Shown here: positions 23,690-32,871 of the stretch, piece after piece
Layout of the letters: every line of letters begins with the position of its first letter
Numbering within the stretch: position 1 is the stretch's first letter
Assembly: GCF_964213995.1 (NCBI RefSeq)
Contig: NC_135810.1
Location: forward strand, 118,854,001-118,918,000
Origin: Mustelus asterias
Lineage: Eukaryota
DNA length: 64,000 nt
Reading direction: 5' to 3'
The notes under the pieces: generated by a model
Databases searched by the model: none
The model's input: only the letters and a program-made list of their open reading frames with translations
Told to the model about the DNA's origin: nothing
Program-made: the position numbers and the translations under genes

Positions 23690-23781
23690 GGTGAGAGATC
23701 GCCCAGAAAAGCATCTGGAAGGAGTAGCGGAGACGGTGGTCCAACCGGAACCGAGAAGTCCCCAGCCGGCCTTCTGTCAAC

Positions 23782-23790
23782 AAGGTAAGC
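23782..23790 (+). promoter_or_regulatory. Candidate major splice donor for env mRNA
   Basis: AAG|GTAAGC near-consensus 5' splice site about 120 nt downstream of the 5' LTR, the usual retroviral position. Confidence 0.5.
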
Positions 23791-24463
23791 AGACTTGCAT
23801 GCATGTAAATCCTTGTTGTCAGAAAGGGGTTTTCTCGAGGCCCGGTGCACCCGGCTCTCTGCTGGTCCTGGATCTCCCCAACCCAAAAAGATATCCTGCA
23901 CAGGTAAAACCAAATTGTGTAAAAATTTTGAGAGACTGAGTCTGATCCGAAGAGCAGAATTTTTGCATGCAAAAGCGCGCTGCGAATACTGTATTGTCTG
24001 TGAATGGGTAAAAAGTGAGACGGGAAAAAGGCCGAAAGCTAAAGTAATGCAATTAGGTTAAGTCAAGCGGTTTGGAGCGGGTTTTTCAGGTCACGACTTG
24101 CCCAGAAGAGAGTAAGTGTGGGAAAACCTGCCAGTCCAAACCTACCCAGGACCTCGGGTAAGGGACGTCAACCGAGAGGGAGAGAGATCAGTGAGAGATC
24201 ACTCTCTGACCTAATACAGTAGCCAAAAGCACAGGAGTGGATTTTAACCACAGGAAAGGGGAGTAGCAGCTAGAATAGAGGAAGTAAAAGACCAGTTTGA
24301 ACAAACTGGTCTGAGACAACAGCGTGAAGGACAGAAATAAGAGAGAGAGTCGGAATATAGGTAGGGTAATAACTAACAACTTGAAAAATTACCCTGACAA
24401 AACTGCCTGGTGACAAGATTGAAAATAACTAATCTTTGAATAATAACAAAAACGGAAGCAACA

Positions 24464-24841
24464 CTGGATTGGAAAAAGATTACACACATAATTAACTTAG
24501 AGGAGATAAAGAATGAGTGGCCGTATGTAAAATGGGAAAGAGTAGTCGATAGGAATTGGATAGACGAAATAAAATTGGAAACCCTAGAGAAATTAATAAA
24601 GGGATCTGACCGATACAGGATTCTTATACACATAGACGAGCAAGTGAAAACCTACTACCCTCTGGCCCGGGAGAGGAAGATAGTGCCGGGACAGGGGACT
24701 ACGGGGAAGTGGATATCAGGACCCCGGTTAGAATTACAGATAGTGGCAAAAGAAATCCAAAGGAAAGGTAAACAGGGGACTGAGCACGGAAAAACAATAC
24801 AGCAAGTAATAATCACTGTGATACCTAACTCTGACAGATGA
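24464..24841 (+). CDS. Putative non-AUG (CUG) accessory ORF upstream of gag, ~125 aa
   Basis: Frame is open from 24440 to 24841 with no ATG. CTG at 24464 is in context ACA-CTG-G. Same frame as gag, ending 13 codons before the gag ATG. Confidence 0.4.
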   Translation: MDWKKITHIINLEEIKNEWPYVKWERVVDRNWIDEIKLETLEKLIKGSDRYRILIHIDEQVKTYYPLARERKIVPGQGTTGKWISGPRLELQIVAKEIQRKGKQGTEHGKTIQQVIITVIPNSDR

Positions 24842-24880
24842 AGTGACAAAAATTGTGACAGTGATCCAAAAAGACGAGTA

Positions 24881-25381
24881 ATGGCGCACCAAGTTAAGAC
24901 ACCAGTGGAGATATTAGGGGATAAGTTCCCAGCCCTTAGGGGAGATATAGAACACGTCTCTAAAAAATGGGCCAAAAGAACAAATAAGAGCAATACACAG
25001 TGGCCGGAGGAAGGCACATGGTCCATAGAGAGGTGTGAGGACCAGAAGGGAATGATAAAGAACTATAAGATTAAGGATAAATCGAGCAAAAGAAGGGAAA
25101 AGCGAGAAAAGGAGTTAGAGATATTAGCCCTATTCCAACAAGAAGGGAAAGAGAGAAGAGGGGTATGGAGGGGAGGTAGAATGCAGATGCCAGTACAACT
25201 TGAGGAAAAAGCAAAATTGGAAGATCCAAACGTAGCCCCACCCCCATACTTAGAGAAACAGAGCTCCACGGGACTGTACCCAGTTATATCAGGCACAATG
25301 AATTTTGAGGGAGAATATGACATAGAACAGATGACGAAGGCGGGAAAGGCACCCACCTGTAAAGTTTCCAGATGTGGATAG
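24881..25381 (+). CDS. gag: Gag N-terminal part (matrix plus late domains), cut short by a frameshift
   Basis: WPEEGTW matrix-like motif, PPPY late domain (25238-25249) and LYPVI (LYPxL-like). Lies directly before the capsid ORF in a different frame. Confidence 0.85.
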   Translation: MAHQVKTPVEILGDKFPALRGDIEHVSKKWAKRTNKSNTQWPEEGTWSIERCEDQKGMIKNYKIKDKSSKRREKREKELEILALFQQEGKERRGVWRGGRMQMPVQLEEKAKLEDPNVAPPPYLEKQSSTGLYPVISGTMNFEGEYDIEQMTKAGKAPTCKVSRCG

Positions 25382-26573
25382 GAGAGGGAAAAGGGTATTC
25401 CCGGTGATTCTGAAGGGTGGCAGACCGCAGTATATCCCTTGGTCAGGTCAGGATTTGCCTAATTTAATTAATGAATTACCCAATATTTTGGATGGGGCTG
25501 GAAGGTGGATTGGACAGTTGGAGGCAGGGATGGTGGGAAAAAGGATGGCACTGGGCGACATCAAAGCTCTCCTGACAAAGGTGCTAGGAATGGACCAAAT
25601 GGCGGAAGTAATGAGATGTGCTGGCATCCCGACCGCAGCTTATAACCCAGCGGTGGATGGGATACTAATGGACCAGTACCGCCAAGACATCTGGCAGGCA
25701 CTGCGGGATATGTACCCCAATCGAATGGATGTAAAAACCCTAAAGGGAGAGCCACTGGGTGAGGAGGAGAATGCAGCTGTGTATGTGGAGAATCAATTAA
25801 AAAGGTGGAGAAGGGACACGGAGAGGGACATTCTAATAGACCCACTGACCAACTCCATGTTCCGGGCTGCAATCCTCGAGGGCTTGCCAGCCCCAGCTAA
25901 GACAAGGCTGGAGGAAGTGGTGGGCTTGGACTCAAAAAATTACCGAGAGTTTGTGGATTATGTTGCCCATGCAGTAGAGAGACATCGCAAAGATGAAAAG
26001 GATGCAGACAAACAGCTGAAGGAGGTACAACGTAAACTCCTTCAGGCACAGTTGGAGGAGATCAAAAGCAAGGATAAACTGAAGGCAAAAGAGGATCTCG
26101 CACCCAGAAAAATAGCACCAATGATGGTGGAGCAAAAGCCAGAGGAAATACCTGCACTAATCAAAGGGGGGAGCGGAGATGGAGGCCAGCCCGTCATAAC
26201 CTATAACATTTCTGCCTTCCCACTGTCCATGAACCCAGGAGCCTATGGCCTAAATTATCAAAACCCATACGCCCTGCAAAGTCAGACTGACTGGAATAGA
26301 AATGGGAAAGGACAGGGAGGTGGTAGGCCACCCTATCAGAATCAGAGAGGACAGGGACAGGTTAATCATCAGACTCCGAGACAGGGACCACTGCCTGGCC
26401 CTTCAGGTGTGTGTTGGGGGTGCGGGGAGGCAGGGCACATAAAAAGGAATTGCCCGCGGAATTTCCCCAGACAGGGAGAAAACCAGCAGCAGACAGGCCA
26501 ACAATTGATCCAAGGATCGCCAAACAGCATCCCGATGTTTCAAGGGCCGGTAAACCATCAGAATTCCCCATAG
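25335..26573 (+). CDS. gag: Gag C-terminal part (capsid, coiled coil, nucleocapsid zinc knuckle)
   Basis: Frame is open from 25335. YIPWSGQDL capsid start; CWGCGEAGHIKRNC = CX2CX4HX4C. Ends at a TAG in frame with pol. Confidence 0.9.
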   Translation, partial: RRRERHPPVKFPDVDRRGKRVFPVILKGGRPQYIPWSGQDLPNLINELPNILDGAGRWIGQLEAGMVGKRMALGDIKALLTKVLGMDQMAEVMRCAGIPTAAYNPAVDGILMDQYRQDIWQALRDMYPNRMDVKTLKGEPLGEEENAAVYVENQLKRWRRDTERDILIDPLTNSMFRAAILEGLPAPAKTRLEEVVGLDSKNYREFVDYVAHAVERHRKDEKDADKQLKEVQRKLLQAQLEEIKSKDKLKAKEDLAPRKIAPMMVEQKPEEIPALIKGGSGDGGQPVITYNISAFPLSMNPGAYGLNYQNPYALQSQTDWNRNGKGQGGGRPPYQNQRGQGQVNHQTPRQGPLPGPSGVCWGCGEAGHIKRNCPRNFPRQGENQQQTGQQLIQGSPNSIPMFQGPVNHQNSP

Positions 26574-29500
26574 GGAGGCCCAGAGAACCCCGAAATGGTA
26601 GGACAGTACGTACAGATAACAGAAACTGCAGAGCAGGAACCTATAGTTAACGTTAGAGTAGGAGGGATCGAGGTCCCCATGATGATAGACACCGGCGCCA
26701 CATGTACGTGCATGCAAACAAAATATGCGGATCACTTACCATTGTCAAACCAGTTTGTAAAAACTGTGGGGTTCTCGGGGAAAGTAACATTAGCTCGAAT
26801 GACGACGCCGGTGCCTGTTACCATTGGAAATAAGACAACCCATGTACCTATTTTAGTATGTGATAAAACTCCTTTAAATCTATTGGGAAGGGATGCAATC
26901 CTAGGTTTAGGACTGAAATTAGAATGCACTGAACAAGGAATTGATTTGATGGGAATGTATCCACTTGAAATACCAGGAAAGGAAGGGGTTAATGTATATT
27001 GGTTGGGAGATATAGAGGAACAAGTTAAAAAACAGATATGGGAAGTTTGGGGAAAGCTTATAAACACTTGGGTTCCACAAGCCAAATGGCCAAGAACAGA
27101 ATTACACAGTACAATGATATTTGATGAAGGGCAGGAACCTGAGATACAGGAGAAATGGGAAAGGGAGGCAGGACGAGAACAGGAAATAAAGTCAGGAAGT
27201 ATTTTAATCGGACTAGAGGGAGTAGCCCTCACAATTGTTAGGAATGAATGGGTTAACAAATGGTTCTCTGTATCTGGGGCGGAGCCACATGTCACATTGA
27301 AAGTGAATCCGGGATACAGATCAAAAGACCTAGGACCAATGGTGTTGAGAGCACAAGATTTAGAATTTGTCCAGACAGACAATGTAGATATTTGGACGTC
27401 CAGCAATGGACAAATGACGAAAATAATTTTGGATGTTAAAATGCTTGGGAAACCGAAGCACTTAACAATAGGAGTGCAAATCGAGAAACAGGAACTGGAG
27501 TGGAGAGAGAGGTTAGAGCAGGATTTGAACTCCCTCCCGCAGGAGTTGTGGTCCAGACAGGACACGGATGTAGGGAGGGTCAAAAACGCTAATCCAGTTG
27601 AAGTCAGATTAAAGATAGGACGTCAGGGACCGTATAGGCCGCAATACCCAATCAAGACAGAAGCAATTGAAGGAATTAGAGGGACAATTAAGGGATTGAT
27701 AGAAGCAGGGGTATTAAAAGAAACCCGGAGCAGGTGTAATACACCGCTACTACCAGTGAAAAAGGCGGACAGAGAAAAATGGAGATTGGTGCATGATCTA
27801 AGGGCAATTAATGAGGTAGTGGAAGATATGCCAGCAGAGGTTCCAAACCCTTATACCTTGATGACAAATATACCACCTGAAAGTAGATGGTTTACTGTAA
27901 TAGACCTATGTTCGGCATTTTTTAGTGTGCCACTAGCTCAAGAAAGTCAGTATCTCTTTGCATTTACGTACGAGGGGAAACAATACACATACAATAGGAT
28001 GCCCCAAGGATTTAAACATTCCCCACATGTATTCAATCAGGTGTTGAGAGCAGATTTAGAAGGAATACAGTTGGAAGGAACACTGATACAATATGTGGAT
28101 GATTTATTATTATGCACAGGAACACAAGAACAGTGCAGGAAGGATAGTTTAAAACTATTGGAAAGACTAGCAGAAGGGGGCCATAAAGTTTCCAGGAAAA
28201 AGCTGCAGCTGTGCCAGAAAAAGGTAGAATACTTGGGAAGAGAAATATCAGCAGGACAGAAGGAGATAGCTTCACAGCAAATAGAAGCAGTACTAAAAGT
28301 TCCGAAACCACGGACGGTGGGACAAATGATGACATTTTTGGGAATGACAGGATTCAGTTCAGAATGGGTGGAAAGATATGCCGAAAAAACGCAGGCACTA
28401 CGAAAGATAATGAAGGAGGCAGGGTGTGACGAATTAAAAGCCAAACTAAAATGGGATAAAGATGCTTCAGACGCATTTGAAAACGTGAAAAGAGAAATGG
28501 CACAGGCACCAGCATTGGCCTTACCGACCTATGACAAGCCCTTTGACTTATTTGTGAGTAACAGAGAAGCCGGATTTGCTACAGCAATGTTAATGCAGGA
28601 AAATTGCAAGGGTAGACGAAGGCAGGCTGTAGCATATTACAGTACCAAGCTAGACGACGTGGCAATGGGATACCCTCCGTGCTATCAAGGTCTGGCAGCA
28701 GCTTGGTGGGCGTACGAAAAGGCAGCTACGGTCACAATGGGATATCCGATAAACATACATGTATACCATAAGGTCGCTGAATTGATTGAGCAAGGAAAAT
28801 TTGTGCTGACACCTGCTAGGATCCATCATTATCGAATGCTAACCACATTTCCAGATATCACGATAATAAAGTGTAACAGAGTAAATCCAGCTGATTACAT
28901 GCCATTACCTCATGAAGGAGAAGAACATGAATGCTTAAGAGAAGCAAAAACATTTATGAAACTGAGAAAAGATTTAAGAGCAGAGGGACTAGTGACAGAA
29001 GGGAAAAGGATACTGTATGTAGATGGCTCATGTTACAGGGATCACTTAGGAAACCACGCAGGCTATGCCATAGTTGAACAGAAAGGGGAAACACTTGAAG
29101 TCATAGAAGCAGAGAAATGTGAACAGCCCTGTTCAGCCCAACTGGCAGAACTTAAAGCATTGACCAGAGCATGTGAGCTAGCAAACGGGGAAGCATTGGA
29201 AATTTATACTGATTCAGCCTATGCCCACGGGGTCTGCCATCTGTTCGGGGCAATATGGAAGCAAAGGGGATTTATGAAAAGCGGAGGAGGACCAATACAA
29301 CACGAAGGTCAAATCAGGGCTTTAATAAGGGCCATGATGGGTCCAAGGGAATTAGCCATAATTAAGTGTCAGGCGCATAAAAAGGGAGCAGACAGCATCA
29401 CACAGGGAAACACCAAAGCCGACAAGGCAGCTAAAGAAGCGTCAGGATGCATTGAGGCTACGATAGCCCCAGTAGAAATAGCAAGGCCGCACCCAGGGCC

Positions 29501-30947
29501 AGGTACGGGGGATATCGAACCTCACATCACATTAGAGGATGTAGCACAATTACAGGAGGAAACCTCCGTAGCTGAAAAGGCAATGTGGAAAGATAGAGGA
29601 GCACTACAGGGACAACAGGACAGGATATGGAGAAATGGGGAGGGATTAGTCATAGCACCCACATCATTACTAACCGTACTAATTAGCGAAGCGCATGGAG
29701 TGGACCACTGTGCGAGAGGAGAAGTGGCTAGAAAGATCAAGAAGGAAGGATTCTGGTCACCATACCTGCAAAACTCGATTGACTACATACTAAGTCAGTG
29801 TGAGGTGTGTGCTCAGAATAACATCAGGAAGGGCATTACTGCCCCAATAGGGCATATACCCATTCCTGAAGGACCATTTAAACATCTATGCATGGACTAT
29901 GTGGATATGGGAAAGGTGGTAAGAGGGAAAAGATACATGTTAGTGATTATTGATAGATTCAGCAGATGGATAGAAGCAACGCCATCCAAAGATCAAGGAT
30001 CTGGAACGGTGATTAACTTCCTGTCAAAAGAAATTATCCCAAGATTTGGCATACCCACGCAATTAAGTTCAGACAATGGATCTGCTTTTATAGGAAGGGC
30101 ACTGAGAGAGACACTCTCGGCACTCCGAGTAAAGCAGAAGTTTGGATGCGTATATCACCCTCAATCCCAAGGAATGGTGGAGAGAGCAAACGGGACCCTT
30201 AAGGCTAAAATAAGCAAAATTTGCAGTGAAACAGGGAAAAACTGGATAGATGCTCTGCCATTGGCTCTAATGCAATACAGGAGTCAGGAAAACAGAATCA
30301 CACATTTGAGCCCTCATGAAATGATGACAGGAAGAGTAATGCCGGTACCTAAGATCAGGGGATCAGGAGGTCCTACGCTAGAATGTTCAGATCAAAGCAC
30401 AAAAGAATATATACAACAATTAACTGTTATACATAGAACTATATTTGAACAGGAAAAAGCCAAGGAGGAGGAGAATCCGGTAACAGAACATCAGATCAAG
30501 CCTGGAGATCGAGTATACATCAGAAAGTTCCGGAGACGTTGGAACGAACCGAGACGAGAAGGACCGTTTGAAGTCACCAAAGTGTCTCCCACGGCTTTGC
30601 AAGTAGAAGGCAGTACACTGTGGTATCACTTGAACCATTGTACCAGAACGATACCAGGGGTGGGGGAGAGAAGGGAAATTGAAGAAGTACACAGAGTGGA
30701 TAGAGGTGATAGCGAGGAAGAAATAGAAATACACGGGGAGAATCGTGGGGAGGAGGAACAGGGCCAAGGAAGAACAAAAAGAATAGAGGATGATGAAAGT
30801 AGTTCTGTACATGAGCTGGCTGATGATACAAATGCCCAGCCTGAGCCTATTAGTCAAGGTGCCGAGGGAGGTGAGGACAGGGAAGGGGCCCCATTCCCCA
30901 CCTGGGAGTTGGAAACTATTTCCCTTAGGAACTTCCGTGACCCATAG
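26574..30947 (+). CDS. pol: Pro-Pol polyprotein: protease, 2H-phosphoesterase-like insert, RT, RNase H, integrase
   Basis: Uninterrupted 1450-aa ORF from the ATG at 26595, frame open from 26574. Motifs: IDTGA (PR); HST and HVT; MPQG and YVDD (RT); YVDGS, AELKA, YTDSAY (RNase H); H-H/CEVC zinc finger, D-D-E (MDYV, SDNG, MVER) and GPF (IN). Confidence 0.97.
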   Translation, partial: GGPENPEMVGQYVQITETAEQEPIVNVRVGGIEVPMMIDTGATCTCMQTKYADHLPLSNQFVKTVGFSGKVTLARMTTPVPVTIGNKTTHVPILVCDKTPLNLLGRDAILGLGLKLECTEQGIDLMGMYPLEIPGKEGVNVYWLGDIEEQVKKQIWEVWGKLINTWVPQAKWPRTELHSTMIFDEGQEPEIQEKWEREAGREQEIKSGSILIGLEGVALTIVRNEWVNKWFSVSGAEPHVTLKVNPGYRSKDLGPMVLRAQDLEFVQTDNVDIWTSSNGQMTKIILDVKMLGKPKHLTIGVQIEKQELEWRERLEQDLNSLPQELWSRQDTDVGRVKNANPVEVRLKIGRQGPYRPQYPIKTEAIEGIRGTIKGLIEAGVLKETRSRCNTPLLPVKKADREKWRLVHDLRAINEVVEDMPAEVPNPYTLMTNIPPESRWFTVIDLCSAFFSVPLAQESQYLFAFTYEGKQYTYNRMPQGFKHSPHVFNQVLRADLEGIQLEGTLIQYVDDLLLCTGTQEQCRKDSLKLLERLAEGGHKVSRKKLQLCQKKVEYLGREISAGQKEIASQQIEAVLKVPKPRTVGQMMTFLGMTGFSSEWVERYAEKTQALRKIMKEAGCDELKAKLKWDKDASDAFENVKREMAQAPALALPTYDKPFDLFVSNREAGFATAMLMQENCKGRRRQAVAYYSTKLDDVAMGYPPCYQGLAAAWWAYEKAATVTMGYPINIHVYHKVAELIEQGKFVLTPARIHHYRMLTTFPDITIIKCNRVNPADYMPLPHEGEEHECLREAKTFMKLRKDLRAEGLVTEGKRILYVDGSCYRDHLGNHAGYAIVEQKGETLEVIEAEKCEQPCSAQLAELKALTRACELANGEALEIYTDSAYAHGVCHLFGAIWKQRGFMKSGGGPIQHEGQIRALIRAMMGPRELAIIKCQAHKKGADSITQGNTKADKAAKEASGCIEATIAPVEIARPHPGPGTGDIEPHITLEDVAQLQEETSVAEKAMWKDRGALQGQQDRIWRNGEGLVIAPTSLLTVLISEAHGVDHCARGEVARKIKKEGFWSPYLQNSIDYILSQCEVCAQNNIRKGITAPIGHIPIPEGPFKHLCMDYVDMGKVVRGKRYMLVIIDRFSRWIEATPSKDQGSGTVINFLSKEIIPRFGIPTQLSSDNGSAFIGRALRETLSALRVKQKFGCVYHPQSQGMVERANGTLKAKISKICSETGKNWIDALPLALMQYRSQENRITHLSPHEMMTGRVMPVPKIRGSGGPTLECSDQSTKEYIQQLTVIHRTIFEQEKAKEEENPVTEHQIKPGDRVYIRKFRRRWNEPRREGPFEVTKVSPTALQVEGSTLWYHLNHCTRTIPGVGERREIEEVHRVDRGDSEEEIEIHGENRGEEEQGQGRTKRIEDDESSSVHELADDTNAQPEPISQGAEGGEDREGAPFPTWELETISLRNFRDP

Positions 30948-32508
30948 AAAAGGAGAATGGGATACAGAAGACATAAGGGTGCAAAATCAGGAAGATAGAG
31001 TATTAAGACGAACAAAACGTGAACGATTAGTGAGCACAAATACTATTTGGGAAAAAGCGCAGAAAAACAAATGGTGGAAATGGGCTGAGTATACAGGTCA
31101 GAGAAACAGTGATGGGAAAGAGTGTGTAGTATGTGCATCAGAGAAACCTAACACCCAAGTAACTGATATACCATGGGGATCAGGAGACTGTAGAACCAGG
31201 AAACAAAGCTGGAGAAAGGAAAATTGCCGTCCATATACCACATATATAAGGTATCATATGATAGGGAATCGGAACTACTCGTATGAGAATATAGACTGTT
31301 CCGGATCCGCATGTGATAACCTTTGTAAAGGTGAGCCGCCGTTGTGTCAATACCACTGCATCCTGTTTGCTGGGGTAAAAAAGGGCATCTACAACTTGAC
31401 CCACAGATGTCCAAAGTGGCCAAAAACGGCAGTGGACGCGGTCCCAAAGGAATGGAGTGTAGAGCCCAACTTACAAATCCGAGATTGCTATTGGAGGGAA
31501 AGTAGCACAGGAAGTAGTGTGGGAAATTACACAGGAGAGTGTGAAAGGATTTGGAATATAACCGATGCTCTTTATCTGATCCTCTCAGGAGGGGGATGGG
31601 CACCCCCTCCTTTTGTGTTAGACTATCAAGAAAATCAACTGGCCGATCTCTGGTGGCTTTGTGGCCCGGAGAAAGGGCTATTGGCAAAATTACCACAGAA
31701 TTGGAAAGGACTATGTGCTCGAGTTATGCTTGCCCAGAGCATTGTGATACTACCGGGGGAAAGAGAAATTAAATCACAAAGAATTAAGAGGGCATATACC
31801 CCTGACCCTACGATAAAATTGGACGCAATCGGACAGCCCCGCGGCATCCCGAATGAGTTCAAAGCTAGGAACGAAATAGCTGCAGGGTTTGAATCCCTCT
31901 TTGTTTGGATCACACCCAGCAAGAATACTGAGTGGATCAATTACATCTATTATAATCAGCAGAGGTTTATTAATTATACGAATGATGCCCTGGAGGCCTT
32001 AGGAGAGCAGTTGGATGCGACCAGCAAAATGGCGTGGCAAAATCGACAGGCGTTAGATTGGCTCCTGGCAGAGAAAGGAGGGGTGTGTGTTATGTTTGGG
32101 GATCAGTGCTGCACATTTATCCCTAATAACACTAATCCAGAGGGGTCATTTACACAAGCCATGAATAAGTTAAGAAATCTTAAGAAAGAAGTGAAAGAAA
32201 ATGCTGGGTTTGGGCATGAGGTATGGAGTTGGCTGGACAGAATATTAGGAAGATGGGGGGTGTGGTTTGCCAAAGCTGGAGCTGTAGCAATCGCAACAAT
32301 AATCATTCTGGGACTGATATTTTGTTGTTTTTTACCCGCCCTGAGATCCTTCCTTACCAGAGTGGCAGCGCGGCAGATGGTGACGCGGGTGCTAAGCAGC
32401 TCACGCTCGAGAGAAAAAACAGAGGAATGGGAAAATCTTGAGCCGCCCCCGCTGAGTGGATTCACAATGACCTTGGTCGAAGTTGAAACTCGTCACTCTG
32501 TAAAATAA
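30790..32508 (+). CDS. env: Envelope glycoprotein, gamma-type, 572 aa
   Basis: Hydrophobic N-terminus; furin sites RRTKR (31006-31020) and RIKR (31780-31791); CVVC (CXXC); ISD WQNRQALDWLLAEKGGVC; CX6CC (CVMFGDQCC); TM helix AVAIATIIILGLIFCCFL. Overlaps the pol 3' end by 158 nt. Confidence 0.95.
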   Translation: MMKVVLYMSWLMIQMPSLSLLVKVPREVRTGKGPHSPPGSWKLFPLGTSVTHRKGEWDTEDIRVQNQEDRVLRRTKRERLVSTNTIWEKAQKNKWWKWAEYTGQRNSDGKECVVCASEKPNTQVTDIPWGSGDCRTRKQSWRKENCRPYTTYIRYHMIGNRNYSYENIDCSGSACDNLCKGEPPLCQYHCILFAGVKKGIYNLTHRCPKWPKTAVDAVPKEWSVEPNLQIRDCYWRESSTGSSVGNYTGECERIWNITDALYLILSGGGWAPPPFVLDYQENQLADLWWLCGPEKGLLAKLPQNWKGLCARVMLAQSIVILPGEREIKSQRIKRAYTPDPTIKLDAIGQPRGIPNEFKARNEIAAGFESLFVWITPSKNTEWINYIYYNQQRFINYTNDALEALGEQLDATSKMAWQNRQALDWLLAEKGGVCVMFGDQCCTFIPNNTNPEGSFTQAMNKLRNLKKEVKENAGFGHEVWSWLDRILGRWGVWFAKAGAVAIATIIILGLIFCCFLPALRSFLTRVAARQMVTRVLSSSRSREKTEEWENLEPPPLSGFTMTLVEVETRHSVK

Positions 32509-32859
32509 CTACAATAGTGGAAGATCACCTTGTGGAAACAACAGCACTTTGCTGAAGTCCACACGAAACCAGGAGAACTTAGTCTGTACACAGGAATCAG
32601 TCTTTTTCCCTTCCCTAGACAAGAGTGGGAAGGTTTTTGGCTGATGACTGTCAGGGGCAGGCAATCTGGAGGAGCAACCCAAAAATCAGAACCGGGATAG
32701 ACAAATTATGATAAAGTTAGAATAGGGACACTGATCCCTGACCAAAATATTCGGCTCCTCCACATCGCCTGCAAAAAGTGATTAAAATAAAATACAAATG
32801 GGATCGAGCGAGGGGATTATTTGAGCTTGGTAATTGGGATGAGGCTAGGGAATAGCCTC

Positions 32860-32871
32860 AAAGGGGGGACT
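32860..32871 (+). promoter_or_regulatory. Polypurine tract
   Basis: AAAGGGGGGACT immediately before the 3' LTR TG. Confidence 0.9.

Noticed and set aside
26732-27583. 283-aa antisense ORF within pol
   Set aside because: Consistent with the shadow of a purine-rich coding strand; no independent support.
32509-32871. Accessory gene (e.g. retroviral cyclin) between env and the 3' LTR
   Set aside because: Longest open stretch is about 60 codons with no initiating ATG and no recognisable motif.
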